From Macrostomum lignano (Eukaryota), in the NCBI GenBank assembly GCA_002269645.1, contig NIVC01000656.1, forward strand, positions 115,263 to 179,262: a stretch of DNA of 64,000 nucleotides. The letters run 5' to 3'. The position numbers and the translations under genes are program-made. This document shows, one piece after another, positions 24,001 through 36,929 of this stretch (positions are counted from its first letter, which is position 1; each line of letters starts with the position of its first letter). The notes under the pieces were generated by a model. It saw only the letters and a list, made by a program, of their open reading frames with translations. It ran no database searches and was not told where the DNA came from.

Positions 24001-27000
24001 CCATATTAACCAAATTCAGTGCCATATTCACCAAATCCAGTGCCATATTCACCAATATCAGTGCCATATTCACCAATATCAGTGCCATATTCACCAATAT
24101 CAGTGCCATATTCACCAATATCAGTGCCATATTCACCAAATTCAGTGCCATATTCACCAAATTCAGTGCCATATTCACCAAATCCAGTGCCATATTCACC
24201 TATGTCAGTGCCATATTCACCAATGTCAGTGCCATATTCACCAAATTCAGTGCCATATTCACCAATGTCAGTGCCATATTCACCAAATTCAGTGCCATAT
24301 TCACCAATGTCAGTGCCATATTCACCAATGTCAGTGCCATATTCACCAATGTCAGTGCCATATTCACCAAATTCAGTGCCATATTCACCAATGTCAGTGC
24401 CATATTCACCAATGTCAGTGCCATATTCACCAATGTCAGTGCCATGTTCACCAAATCCAGTGCCATGTTCACCGAATTCAGTGCCATGTTCACCAAATTC
24501 AGTGCCATGTTCACCAAATCCAGTGCCATGTTCACCGAATTCAGTGCCGTATTCACCCAATCAAATATTCACAAAAATTCAGTGCCTGCAGCATCAGTCT
24601 TGGCTGTTAATTCCATCTTGAATTCTATTTCAGCTTAGGTCAATTTGGTGCTGTACATGTAGTACATATTTTTTGCATTTTTATGTTTCCAGTACTTTTA
24701 AAAAATCAAGTCCCGTGTTCACGCATTCACGCTCGTTCGTCGTGAAATCCAGCAAAAATTATAAACCTAAACCGTTATTAAACAGGCTACAATGACCCGT
24801 TCTCTATGCAAACTGTAGCTCGTATATCTATAGCGGTCGGTAGATAGATGCTTTCTAGAAATTCTAGCATCTGACTACACGTGTGTTAACTTCAAAGAAC
24901 GGAGACCGTCAAACGCAAGTACGCTTGTATATACATACCAGAGCGAATTCAAATTGACCACGCTCAACTGGCGTGATATTGCAAGTTTGTACTTTGCGCT
25001 GCAATTACCCTGGCTGTCTTGCCTTGGGTGTATCTGCTGCTGCAGTACAGTTAAAGCTTGCATGCATTGTTCCTGAATAACTTATAATCATTCTGATCGA
25101 TTTGCATTGAGTACATGCCTTTGGGAAGACATGAGAACAGGGGAAAAAAAATTGAGAACAGGGGGAAGGAGAATAGAGAGCAGGGGAAAGGAGAATTGAG
25201 AACAGGGGGAAGGAGAATAGAGAGCAGGGGAAAGGAGAATTGAGAACAGGGGGAAGGAGAATAGAGAGCAGGGGAAAGGAGAATTGAGAACAGGGGGAAG
25301 GAGAATAGAGAGCAGGGGAAAGGAGAATTGAGAACAGGGGAAAGGAGAATAGAGAGCAGGGGAAAGGAGAATAGAGAGCAGGGGAAAGGAGAATTGAGAA
25401 CAGGGGGAAGGAGAATAGAGAGCAGGGGGAAGGAGAAACGAGGAGAGTATAAGAAGCCAAAGGACCACAGCTTTCAGAAGAGTCGAGTCTAAGTCCCGGA
25501 ATACGAACAAAATAATCCCAAAATCTTTCGAAACCCGCCCCAAACCCCCCCCCCAGGACGTGATCCTGACCTCGGGTTGCTCTTCCGCGCTTGACCTGTG
25601 CATCAGCGTGCTAGCCAATCCCGGGGATAACATCCTGATCCCCAGGCCGGGATTCTCCATCTACCGCACCTTGGCCGAGTCCCTGGGCATCGAGGCCCGC
25701 TCCTATAACCTGCTGGCCGACAGGCAGTGGGAGGTTGACCTCGCCCACTTGGAGGAGAGCATCGACGATCGCACAGCCGCCATCGTGGTGAACAATCCGT
25801 CCAATCCCTGCGGTTCTGTGTACACCAGGGAGCACCTCAGGGCCATCGCTCACATTGCCGAGCGGTACAAGGTGAGTTTCTGACCCTGTTCTGCCTTACC
25901 TGTGTCCCCTGTTCTGCCTTACCTGTGTCCCCTGTTCTGCCTTACCTGTGTCCCATGTTCTGCCTTACCTGTGTCCACTGTTCTGCCTTACCTGTGTCCC
26001 CTGTTCTGCCTTACCTGTGTCCCATGTTCTGCCTTACCTGTGTCCCCTGTTCTGCCTTACCTGTGTCCCATGTTGTGTCTCTCTACCTGTGTCCCATGTT
26101 GTGTCTCTCTACCTGTGTCCCATGTTGTGTCTGTCCACCTGTGTCTCCTGTTGTGTCTGTCCACCTGTGTCTCCTGTTGTGTCTGTCTGTACCTGTGTCC
26201 CCTAATGTCTCTCTACCTGTGTTCTTGTTGCGTGTGTCTACCTGTTGTGTCCGTCACACTTACCTGGGTGTGGTTTTCGAGCACCCTCTCCCCTGTACCC
26301 CTGAATCTCAATCTCTCTCTCCTTCATCACTAAAAGCTCATAACACTAATCAAACTCCGCGCGCACAATCCAGGTGCCAATCATAGCCGACGAGATCTAC
26401 GCCCATTTCGTGTTCCCCGGGCACGAGTTTCACTGGTTCGCCTCGGTGAATCCCAATGTGCCCGTGCTCAGCTGCGGCGGCCTCACCAAGCGCTGGCTGG
26501 TGCCCGGCTGGCGTCAGGGCTGGATTGTCGTCTACGACGCCAAGGGCCACTTTGCCGAGGTGCGCAAAGGCCTGCTGGCGCTCAGCACCAGGATTCTGGG
26601 GCCTAACACCGTCTGCCAGGTGTGAGACTCTGCGATCTCTGTGTGACCTCTGATCTAATCTCACTCTTTTGATTCTTTCCTATCTCTAATCTCACCCCTA
26701 CAGATTTCCCTGAGTCTAATCTCATCCCTACAGATTTCCCTATCTCTAAACTCACCCCTACAGATTTCCCTGTGTCTAATCTCATCCCTACAGATTTCCC
26801 TATCTCTAATCTCACCCCTACAGATTTCCCTGAGTCTAATCTCATCCCTACAGATTTCCCTGCGTCTAATCTCACCCCTACAGATTTCCCTATCTCTAAA
26901 CTCACCCCTACAGATTTCCCTATCTCTAAACTCACCCCTACAGATTTCCCTGCGTCTAATCTCACCCCTACAGATTTCCCTATCTCTAATCTCACCCCTA

Positions 27001-27982
27001 CAGATTTCCCTGTGTCTAATCTCACCCTACAGATTTCCCTGTGTCTAATCTCACCCCTACAGATTTCCCTGCGTCTAATCTCACCCCTACAGATTTCCCT
27101 ATCTCTAAACTCACCCCTACAGATTTCCCTATCTCTAAACTCACCCCTACAGATTTCCCTGCGTCTAATCTCAACCCTACAGATTTCCCTGTGTCTAATC
27201 TCACCCCTATAAATTTCTCTGTGTCTAATCTCACCCCTAAAGATTTCCCAATCTCTTATCTCACCCCTACAGCTTTCCTTGTGTCTAATCTCACCCCTAC
27301 GGCCCCACAGATTTATTAACTTAAAATCTCACTTCTAAAAATTTCCTAAATCTCTAATCTCACCCCTACAGATTTCTTAATCTCTAATCACATTCCTACA
27401 GATTTCGCTATCTCTTATCTCAGCCATACAGACTTCTCTATGTCTAATCTCAGCCCTGTAGATCTCCTTGTCTAATCTCATTCCTTTTAGATCTCCCTAC
27501 CCATCTCTTATCTCACCCTCTCCAGATTTCTTTAATCTCACCTCCGCGGATCTAATCTCCGGATCGAATCTCTCCAATCTCTAATCCCGCAGGCGGCCAT
27601 CCCGGACATCCTGGAGTTCACCCCGCCGGAGTTCTACGCCTCCACGCTGAAGTGCATCGAGGAGAACGCCAAGCTAAGCTACGCCAAGCTCAGCGCTGTG
27701 CCGGGACTCCGGCCAGTGATGCCCGAGGGTGCCATGTACATGATGGTGGGCTTCTCGCAGTCTGAATATCCCGACTTCCCAGACGAGATGGCCTTCACCG
27801 AGCGTCTAGTAACTGAGCAGTCCGTGTTCTGCCTGCCCTCTCGCTGCTTCGAGATCGGCATGTTCTTCCGGATCGTCCTGACCGTGCCGTCCGACATGAT
27901 GACGGAGGCCTGCGACCGGATTGCGCAGTTCTGCGCCGCGCATCACCGACCGACAGGCAGTGCGGGCAATGGGAGGGTTTGA
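21090..27982 (+). CDS. TAT: Tyrosine aminotransferase (PLP-dependent, class I), four exons, ~477 aa
   Basis: Phase-0 GT-AG exons: 21090-21572 ([33 protein letters not shown]), 25557-25871 ([23 protein letters not shown]), 26374-26619 ([25 protein letters not shown] with the PLP lysine) and 27593-27982 ([18 protein letters not shown]). Confidence 0.95.
21635..23445. repeat. Minisatellite, 24/26-bp unit, TAT intron 1
   Basis: Tandem ctgtcccctcagctccttcagtgg(ag) and ctgtcccctcagccccctcagttg. Confidence 0.97.
23845..24560. repeat. Minisatellite, 21-bp unit, TAT intron 1
   Basis: Tandem cagtgccatattcaccaaatt variants. Confidence 0.97.
25130..25440. repeat. Purine-rich minisatellite, ~22-bp unit, TAT intron 1
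   Basis: Alternating gagaattgagaacagggggaag and gagaatagagagcaggggaaag. Confidence 0.95.
25884..26240. repeat. Minisatellite, 23-bp unit, TAT intron 2
   Basis: Tandem ctgttctgccttacctgtgtccc, decaying to the right. Confidence 0.93.
26670..27560. repeat. Minisatellite, 30-bp unit, TAT intron 3
   Basis: Tandem aatctcacccctacagatttccctatctct. Confidence 0.95.
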
Positions 27983-28114
27983 ATGGCGCGTGTCTTTACT
28001 GTAACAATAAGCTTTGCTTTACCTGCCGCTCAGAGGTTCTTGACTGCAAATTTGAGTCTTTAATTGAATCCGAATTCAGAAAGCCTGAAGTTTCTATTCA
28101 ATTATGCCTGAAGT

Positions 28115-29080
28115 TTTTGTCTGTCTCTACCAATGACACCTGAAGGTTCAGAGGTCTGTCTGTCTCTACCAATGACACCTGTAGGTTCAGAGGTCTGTCT
28201 GTCTCTACCAATGACACCTGAAGGTTCAGAGGTCTGTCTGTCTCTACCAATGACACCTGAAGGTTCAGAGGTCTGTCTGTCTCTACCAATGACACCTGAA
28301 GGTTCAGAGGTCTGTCTGTCTCTACCAATGACACCTGAAGGTTCAGAGGTCTGTCTGTCTCTACCAATGACACCTGAAGGTTCAGAGGTCTGTCTGTCTC
28401 TACCAATGACACCTGTAGGTTCAGAGGTCTGTCTCTACCAATGACACCTGAAGGTTCAGAGGTCTGACTCTACCAATGACACCTGAAGGTTCAGAGGTCT
28501 GACTCTACCAATGACACCTGAAGGTTCAGAGGTCTGTCTCTACCAATGACACCTGTAGGTTCAGAGGTCTGTCTCTACCAATGACACCTGAAGGTTCAGA
28601 GGTCTGACTCTACCAATGACACCTGAAGGTTCAGAGGTCTGACTCTACCAATGACGCCTGAAGGTTCAGAGGTCTGTCTCTACCAATGACACCTGAAGGT
28701 TCAGAGGTCTGTCTGACTCTACCAATGACACCTGAAGGTTCAGAGGTCTGTCTGTCTCTACCAATGACACCTGAAGGTTCAGAGGTCTGACTCTACCAAT
28801 GACACCTGAAGGTTCAGAGGTCTGACTCTACCAATGACACCTGAAGGTTCAGAGGTCTGTCTCTACCAATGACACCTGAAGGTTCAGAGGTCTGACTCTA
28901 CCAATGACACCTGAAGGTTCAGAGGTCTGTCTCTACCAATGACACCTGAAGGTTCAGAGGTCTGACTCTACCAATGACACCTGAAGGTTCAGAGGTCTGA
29001 CTCTACCAATGACACCTGAAGGTTCAGAGGTCTGACTCTACCAATGACACCTGAAGGTTCAGAGGTCTGTCTCTACCAAT
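28115..29080. repeat. Minisatellite, 35/39-bp unit, downstream of TAT
   Basis: Tandem ctctaccaatgacacctgaaggttcagaggtctgt(ctgt). Confidence 0.97.
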
Positions 29081-30231
29081 TACTCATCTATAATAATTAA
29101 TTGCCTCTTTGAAGATCCAAATCTTATTTTATCTTGATCTTGTGTCATGCTAAAAATCATGCAGGCAAACTCATAATTTTATTAATTATTCAAATTTTCA
29201 TGAGAATCACAGCCCGCGTGCTTATTTGCCTGTACATGTTTGCGTTGCGTTTTTATTTCCACAATTGTGCGCCATTTATTTTGATTACTGGTAACAAGCG
29301 ATAGATTAAAAATTTGTATTGTTTTTCGTTTTGATTTGTTAAAATTGATTCAATAGCGCTGCAAGTTTTGCCTGCTCCCTGTGAACTGCACTGATTTAGT
29401 TTTAATAGATGCCGTAAAATTTGATTTCATTTCCGTAGAAAATTTGAGCAATTCAATAGTCATAAAATCTACCGTATTCGTACATTAAGTATTTATTATT
29501 TGTTACTTTTGGCCAAGAGTAGTATGAAATCGTCGATTGTAGATATCTAATTGTTATCTGACTTTAATTGATTTGTTCACGCCTAACAAAGTACAGCTGC
29601 ACCTCTGACCAAATTAATTCAATTATAGTCTGGACAACAATTAGAGGGCATAGTATTCAATCAAACTGATAACAATATCTAAATTTTCCCTCAACAGTTT
29701 TAACTGCGTTATTCCTATTTGGTTCAGTCGGTTTTTTCACAATTTTTGTTTTCAGGAATAAAGCTACTTTTACTACTATTATAACGCCAGTAGAGTAGAA
29801 CGAAAATCGCCAGATTTTTTTGTAATTTTTCTTATAATTTGACTGACACTGGACTAGTGAAAATATTCGTGCGTTTTTATCAATTTTATTTTCAAGCACC
29901 TGCGCACAGATACTAACGGTTGTCATCAATAAAATGTACATACTGGTGAGCGCTCACTCAGTGTAAACTGCGTGCGGCTAGCTTGCCGTATTGGACTAAT
30001 ATTAACGTGATCCATACATTGTATTAGAAATAATAAAATGCGGACGCGGTACTGTTATAATTCTTGTGATTAATATTTTCCTTAATGTACGCTTCATTGT
30101 TGTACATGTAGCTGCATGACAGATGAAGCACTGCGCTTTGCCTTCTGAGTCAACATTCAGCTCAAAGAACTTGATTTGGACTTAGCGATGAACTTCTAAA
30201 CCAAATTACATACTTTTTATAGGACGGTGGT

Positions 30232-32200
30232 GGCCCAGCAACTGAGGATCTGGGAGGCTGGCCCAGCAACTGAGGATCTGGGAGGCTGGCCAAGCAACTA
30301 GGGATCTGGGAGGCTGACTCAGCAACTGAGGATCTGGGAGGCTGACTCAGCAACTGAGGATCTGGGAGGCTGACTCAGCAACTGAGGATCTACATGGGAG
30401 GCTGACTCAGCAACTGAGGATCTACATGGGAGGCTGACTCAGCAACTGAGGATCTACATGGGAGGCTGACTCAGCAACTGAGGATCTACATGGGAGGCTG
30501 ACTCAGCAACTGAGGATCTACATGGGAGGCTGACTCAGCAACTGAGGATCTACATGGGAGGCTGACTCAGCAACTGAGGATCTGGGAGGCTGACTCAGCA
30601 ACTGAGGATCTGGGAGGCTGACTCAGCAACTGAGGATCTACATGGGAGGCTGACTCAGCAACTGAGGATCTACATGGGAGGCTGACTCAGCAACTGAGGA
30701 TCTACATGGGAGGCTGACTCAGCAACTGAGGATCTGGGAGGCTGACTCAGCAACTGAGGATCTGGGAGGCTGACTCAGCAACTGAGGATCTGGGAGGCTG
30801 ACTCAGCAACTGAGGATCTACATGGGAGGCTGACTCAGCAACTGAGGATCTACATGGGAGGCTGACTCAGCAACTGAGGATCTACATGGGAGGCTGACTC
30901 AGCAACTGAGGATCTGGGAGGCTGACTCAGCAACTGAGGAACTGGGAGGCTGACTCAGCAACTGAGGATCTGGGAGGCTGACTCAGCAACTGAGGATCTA
31001 CATGGGAGGCTGACTCAGCAACTGAGGATCTGGGAGGCTGACTCAGCAACTGAGGATCTACATGGGAGGCTGACTCAGCAACTGAGGATCTACATGGGAG
31101 GCTGACTCAGCAACTGAGGATCTACATGGGAGGCTGACTCAGCAACTGAGGATCTGGGAGGCTGACTCAGCAACTGAGGATCTGGGAGGCCGACTCAGCA
31201 ACTGAGGATCTACATGGGAGGCTGACTCAGCAACTGAGGATCTACATGGGAGGCTGACTCAGCAACTGAGGATCTACATGGGAGGCTGACTCAGCAACTG
31301 AGGATCTGGGAGGCTGACTCAGCAACTGAGGATCTGGGAGGCTGACTCAGCAACTGAGGATCTACATGGGAGGCTGACTCAGCAACTGAGGATCTGGGAG
31401 GCTGGCCCAGCAACTGAGGATCTGGGAGGCTGACTCAGCAACTGAGGATCTACATGGGAGGCTGACTCAGCAACTGAGGATCTACATGGGAGGCTGACTC
31501 AGCAACTGAGGATCTGGGAGGCTGACTCAGCAACTGAGGAACTGGGAGGCTGACTCAGCAACTGAGGATCTGGGAGGCTGACTCAGCAACTGAGGATCTA
31601 CATGGGAGGCTGACTCAGCAACTGAGGATCTGGGAGGCTGACTCAGCAACTGAGGATCTACATGGGAGGCTGACTCAGCAACTGAGGATCTACATGGGAG
31701 GCTGACTCAGCAACTGAGGATCTACATGGGAGGCTGACTCAGCAACTGAGGATCTGGGAGGCTGACTCAGCAACTGAGGATCTGGGAGGCCGACTCAGCA
31801 ACTGAGGATCTACATGGGAGGCTGACTCAGCAACTGAGGATCTACATGGGAGGCTGACTCAGCAACTGAGGATCTACATGGGAGGCTGACTCAGCAACTG
31901 AGGATCTGGGAGGCTGACTCAGCAACTGAGGATCTGGGAGGCTGACTCAGCAACTGAGGATCTACATGGGAGGCTGACTCAGCAACTGAGGATCTGGGAG
32001 GCTGGCCCAGCAACTGAGGATCTGGGAGGCTGACTCAGCAACTGAGGATCTACATGGGAGGCTGACTCAGCAACTGAGGATCTGGGAGGCTGGCCCAGCA
32101 ACTGGGGATCTGGGAGCCTGGCCCAGCAACTGGGGATCTTCTGAGAGTCTGGCCCAGCAACTGACACTGGGAGGCTGGCCCAGCAACTGACACTGAGAGG
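30232..32200. repeat. Minisatellite, 28/32-bp unit (dispersed family, TGACTCAGCA variant)
   Basis: Tandem ct(acat)gggaggctgactcagcaactgaggat, with ggcccagca variants at the edges. Confidence 0.97.
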
Positions 32201-32679
32201 CTTGCCCAACAACGTTCGAGAAAACCTGTCAAACGAGTTCTGATAACTAAATTCCGAAAAGGAGCAAAAAGTAAACAAAATTGCTGCAATTCAATCAGTC
32301 ATACAAGCAAAGTATCTAAGAGGCTGTGAAACTGCATTATTATACACAAATTTATTGGCGGCGTAAAACTTACAGCCAGAATTGCTTTATACAAGAGAAG
32401 GGAGAACAGGGTTACAGTGGAAGCCAGCTTGTGAATCAGAAATATGGAGAGTCAAGAGAAAAAGTACTGGATTTAGACAAATGATGAAGTGACTATAGGC
32501 TTCATTATGCTACTTGCATGCCAAGATTCACTGAGAGTAGCAAGAAACGCGCATTGCAGTAATTTTTATGGTAATATATTTTAATTGAAGTTCTTTCGTT
32601 TGGCATTGGAAATCCGCTCTTCTGTACAGAAGCTGTACAAATGCAAAATTCATTGTACAAATACAAAATAGACTGAAAC

Positions 32680-32930
32680 TGATTGGGACTCCTGACTCAT
32701 GAATTGGGACTCATGACTCATGGATTGGGACTCCTGACTCATGGATTGGGACTCCTGACTCATGGATTGGGACTCCTGACTCATGGATTGGGACCCCTGA
32801 CTCATGGATTGGGACTCCTGACTCATGGATAGGGACTCCTGACTCATGGATAGGGACTCCGACTCATTGATAGGGACTCCTGACTCATGGATAGGGACTC
32901 CTGACTCATTGATAAGGACTCCTGACTCAA
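32680..32930. repeat. Minisatellite, 21-bp unit, 3' of LAS1-like
   Basis: Tandem gggactcctgactcatggatt. Confidence 0.93.
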
Positions 32931-33021
32931 CAAATTGAAATTAGAATACGAGACTCGCGGACTTGGACTTATCACAAACTGTGATTTCAGAGAACAGCAG
33001 TTAAAAGGTCAAATTTAATCC

Positions 33022-36000
33022 CTATGAGTATTTGAGCTCAGAGGGCAGACAGCCAATAGGCAGACAGTCCCAGTCAACAGACAGATCCCTACGCCATTGA
33101 GTCTCGCCGTTCTCCTCAGTTGATTTATCGTCCGAATTTTCCAACGGTCGTTTCCGACTACTATTAGAGCTACGTTTTGTCGACACGTTTTCATCAACTA
33201 AACCATGGGATTGCTCGGACACAACCTCATTCAGAACGCTTAGCAAGCCTTGCGCAATGGGTTCTGCCAGTTCGGGCTCGTGCAGTTTCACAATCAGTTT
33301 GGCCAAGGGCGCCAGCCGAGGGCAGAGGTTGGCAACGCAGTAGCGACGCAGCAGTTTGGGCCAGTCGATAGCTGAGCGGCTGTGCCGGCGCAGGCAGTAG
33401 GCCAGGGGCGGCCGCCGGCTGCCGTCCGGGAATACCACTCGGTCCAAACCGGTGAGCCAGCCTAGCGACCAGGTCTGCTGGGGATTTGGGAGGCGTTGTT
33501 TTAACTGATTACAGATCCCCGTGCCTACCTAATTACAGATCCCAGTCGCTACCTAATTACAGATCCCAGTCCCTACCTAATTACAGATCCCCGTGCCTAC
33601 CTAATTACAGATCCCCGTGCCTACCTAATTACAGATCCCCGTGCCTACCTAATTACAGATCCCTGTCTCTACCTAATTACAGATCCCTGTCTTTACCTAA
33701 TTACAGATCCCCGTGCCTACCTAATTACAGATCTCTGTCTCTACCTAATTACAGATCCCTGTCTTTACTTAATTACAGATCCCAGTCCCTACCTAATTAC
33801 AGATCCCCGTGCCTACCTAATTACAGATCCCAGTCGCTACCTAATTACAGATCCCAGTCCCTACCTAATTACAGATCCCCGTGCCTACCTAATTACAGAT
33901 CCCCGTGCCTACCTAATTACAGATCCCTGTCTCTACCTAGTTACAGATCCCTGTCTCTACCTAATTACAGATCCCTGTCTTTACCTAATTACAGATCCCA
34001 GTCCCTACCTAATTACAGATCCCCGTGCCTACCTAATTACAGATCCCAGTCACTACCTAATTACAGATCCCCGTGCCTACCTAATTACAGATCCCAGTCC
34101 CTACCTAATTACAGATCCCAGTCACTACCTAATTACAGATCCCCGTGCCTACCTAATTACAGATCCCAGTCCCTACCTAATTACAGATCCCAGTCCCTAC
34201 CTAATTACAGATCCAAGTCCCTACCTAATTACAGATCACAGTCCCTACCTAATTACAGATCCCCGTGCCTACCTAATTACAGATCCCTGTCTCTACCTAA
34301 TTACAGATCCCTGTCTTTACCTAATTACAGATCCCTGTCTCTACCTAATTACAGATCCCCGTGCCTACCTAGTTACAGATCCCAGTCCCTATCTAATTAC
34401 AGATCCCCGTGCCTACCTAATTACAGATCCCCGTGCCTACCTAATTACAGATCCCAGTCCCTACCTAATTACAGATCCAAGTCCCTACCTAATTACAGAT
34501 CACAGTCCCTACCTAATTACAGATCACAGTCCCTACCTAATTACAGATCCCCGTGCCTACCTAATTACAGATCACAGTCCCTACCTAATTACAGATCCCA
34601 GTCCCTATCTAATTACAGATCCAAGTCCCTACCTAATTACAGATCCCAGTCCCTACCTAATTACAGATCCCAGTCCCTACCTAGTTACAGATCCCAGTCA
34701 CTACCTAATTACAGATCCCAGTCACTACCTAATTACAGATCCCAGTCCCTACCTAATTACAGATCCCAGTCCCTACCTAATTACAGATCCCAGTCACTAC
34801 CTAATTACAGATCCCCGTGCCTACCTAATTACAGATCCCAGTCCCTACCTAATTACAGATCCCCGTGCCTACCTAATTACAGATCCCCGTGCCTACTTAA
34901 TCAGGTCACAGTCCCTACCTAATTACAGATCCCCGTGCCTACCTAATTACAGATCCCCGTGCCTACTTAATCAGGTCACAGTCCCTACCTAATTACAGAT
35001 CCCCGTGCCTACTTAATCAGGTCACAGTCCTTACCTAATTACAGATCCCCGTGCCTACTTAATCAGGTCACAGTCCCTACCTAATTACAGATCCCCGTGC
35101 CTACTTAATCAGGTCACAGTCCCTACCTAATTACAGATCCCCGTGCCTACTTAATCAGGTCACAGTCCCTACCTAATTACGTCCCTCAGTCTGTATTAAA
35201 CCCTCAAATTCTTATAGACCTGAAACATTCAACAAAAAAAGCTGCCCAATTACCAGCAGCAGTTCCGACGCAGGCTGAGAAGCCCCGTTGCCATCGTCAG
35301 CAACCGCGGCAGCAGCTAGCAGCGTCTCCTCCATCAGCTTTGGCACCAAGTTGCACTTTTTGAGCACGCCAATCATTGGCAACCAGAAGGCCGCCAGAGC
35401 GTCGATTGTAGCGCTGCCGTCACCGCCGGTCATGGCAAGCAGGAGGCCTCGAATCCAACGACGATTTTCGACTTCACTGGCGGCCAATCGACGCGCCTTG
35501 ACGCCGTCCAGATGAGCGTTTAGCGCAGTGGAATTCTCCGCCGAGCTGGGACTGAGCTGCAGTCGGAGGAAGCGCCGCACAGACAGAGGAGGCTGGGCTG
35601 ATGAAGCTAGAGAAGAGGACCGCTGCAGCATTGATATTGATGAAGAGCAGCGCTTTGCCTGGGGTAGCCAGAAATTGTTGCTGAGCCAGAGCAGCGCTTC
35701 TCGGCAGGCGTCAGCCAGGAGAGGCGCCTGCGGCAACAGGCCGTGACACACGTCGTGTCTGATCTGCGGAGCGGAGGAAAGGTGTGTGGAATTAGGGATT
35801 AATAATCTGGGATTAGGCATCGGGAATCTGGGATTAGGGATTGAGAATCTGGGATTAGGCATCGGGAATATATAGGGATCGGGAATATGGGATTAGGGAT
35901 CAGGAAACTGGGATTAGGGACAAGAAATCTGGGATTAGGGATCGGAAATCTGGGATTAGGGATCAGGAATCTGGGATTCTACATCGGGAATCTGATTAGG

Positions 36001-36929
36001 GATTGAGAATCTGAGATTAGGGATAGGAAATCTGGGATTCGAGATGGAGAATCTGGGATGAGGGATAGGAAATCTGGGATTCGAGATTGAGAATCTGGGA
36101 TTAGGGTAGGGATAGGAAATCTGGGATTCGAGATTGAGAATCTGGGATTAGGGATAGGAAATCTGGGATTCAAGATTGAGAATCTGGGATTAGGGATAGG
36201 AAATCTGGGATTCAAGATTGAGAATCTGGGATTAGGGTAGGGATAGAAAATCTGGGATTAGGGATTGGGAATCTGGGATTAGAGATCGGAAATCTGGGAT
36301 TAGAGATCGGGAATCTGGGATTAGGGATTGGGAACCTGGGATTAGGGATCGAGAACCCAGGAATCGCTGCTCACCTGAACCAGCCAATCAGGAATCCCCA
36401 TGGACGCGGCCACTTTAGTCACAGGTACAGTATAAGCCATCTGTTTAGTTCGAGTTTCCTCTTCGCCAGCCAACAGACTAACAAATCTTTGGCCAGCATT
36501 GGCCATAGACTGCCGTTCACCTAGCAACAGTGCCTCGGCCAGTTCCGCAGTTGCCAGCACAGCCCTAGGCAGCTGGTGCTGCTCAAGACGGGCCAACCAA
36601 ACAGCCAGACGAGTGCACAGATCTGCAAGCGCCTGCGGCTGAGTCTCTAATGGTGCGAGCTCAGCTAAGCTGGCCACTTCAATGAATTCTGAGGCATCCC
36701 GCCATGGCAACACGCGCCAGTTCTGCTGCTGCTGGTGCTGGAGATGACAGTGATAATCTTTGCTGACCAGTTCATCAGGTTGCTTATCATCTGTAGCGTC
36801 ACGGCTACTGTCTGTGGTTAAGAATCTTGCTAAATTGCTGGTCGAATTGAATGCTGAATTATTATTGAAACCAACTTGATTGAAGGCGACAGGTTCGGTT
36901 GGCACAGTCAGCTTTGCTTGCTTGTGCAT
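33022..36929 (-). CDS. LAS1L: LAS1-like pre-rRNA processing endonuclease, three exons
   Basis: Phase-0 exons: 36929-36375 (VLPWRDASEF, LAVWLARL..LPRAVLATAEL, QRFVSLL, MGIPDWLVQ), 35763-35227 (IRHDVCHG..CREALLWLSNNFW) and 33477/33474-33022 (DWDCLPIGCLP). The split LVQ|IRHDVCH matches the Las1 R-x4-H HEPN motif, and the C-terminal W..P.G..P is typical of Las1. Confidence 0.85.
33505..35180. repeat. Minisatellite, 24-bp unit, LAS1L intron 2
   Basis: Tandem ctacctaattacagatcccagtcc variants. Confidence 0.97.
35790..36350. repeat. Minisatellite, ~21-bp unit, LAS1L intron 1
   Basis: Tandem gggattagggatcaggaatct variants. Confidence 0.93.

Noticed and set aside
33486-34922. 478-aa (LPNYRSQS)n ORF
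   Set aside because: A 24-bp array on the antisense strand of a LAS1L intron, with no splice context or unique domain.
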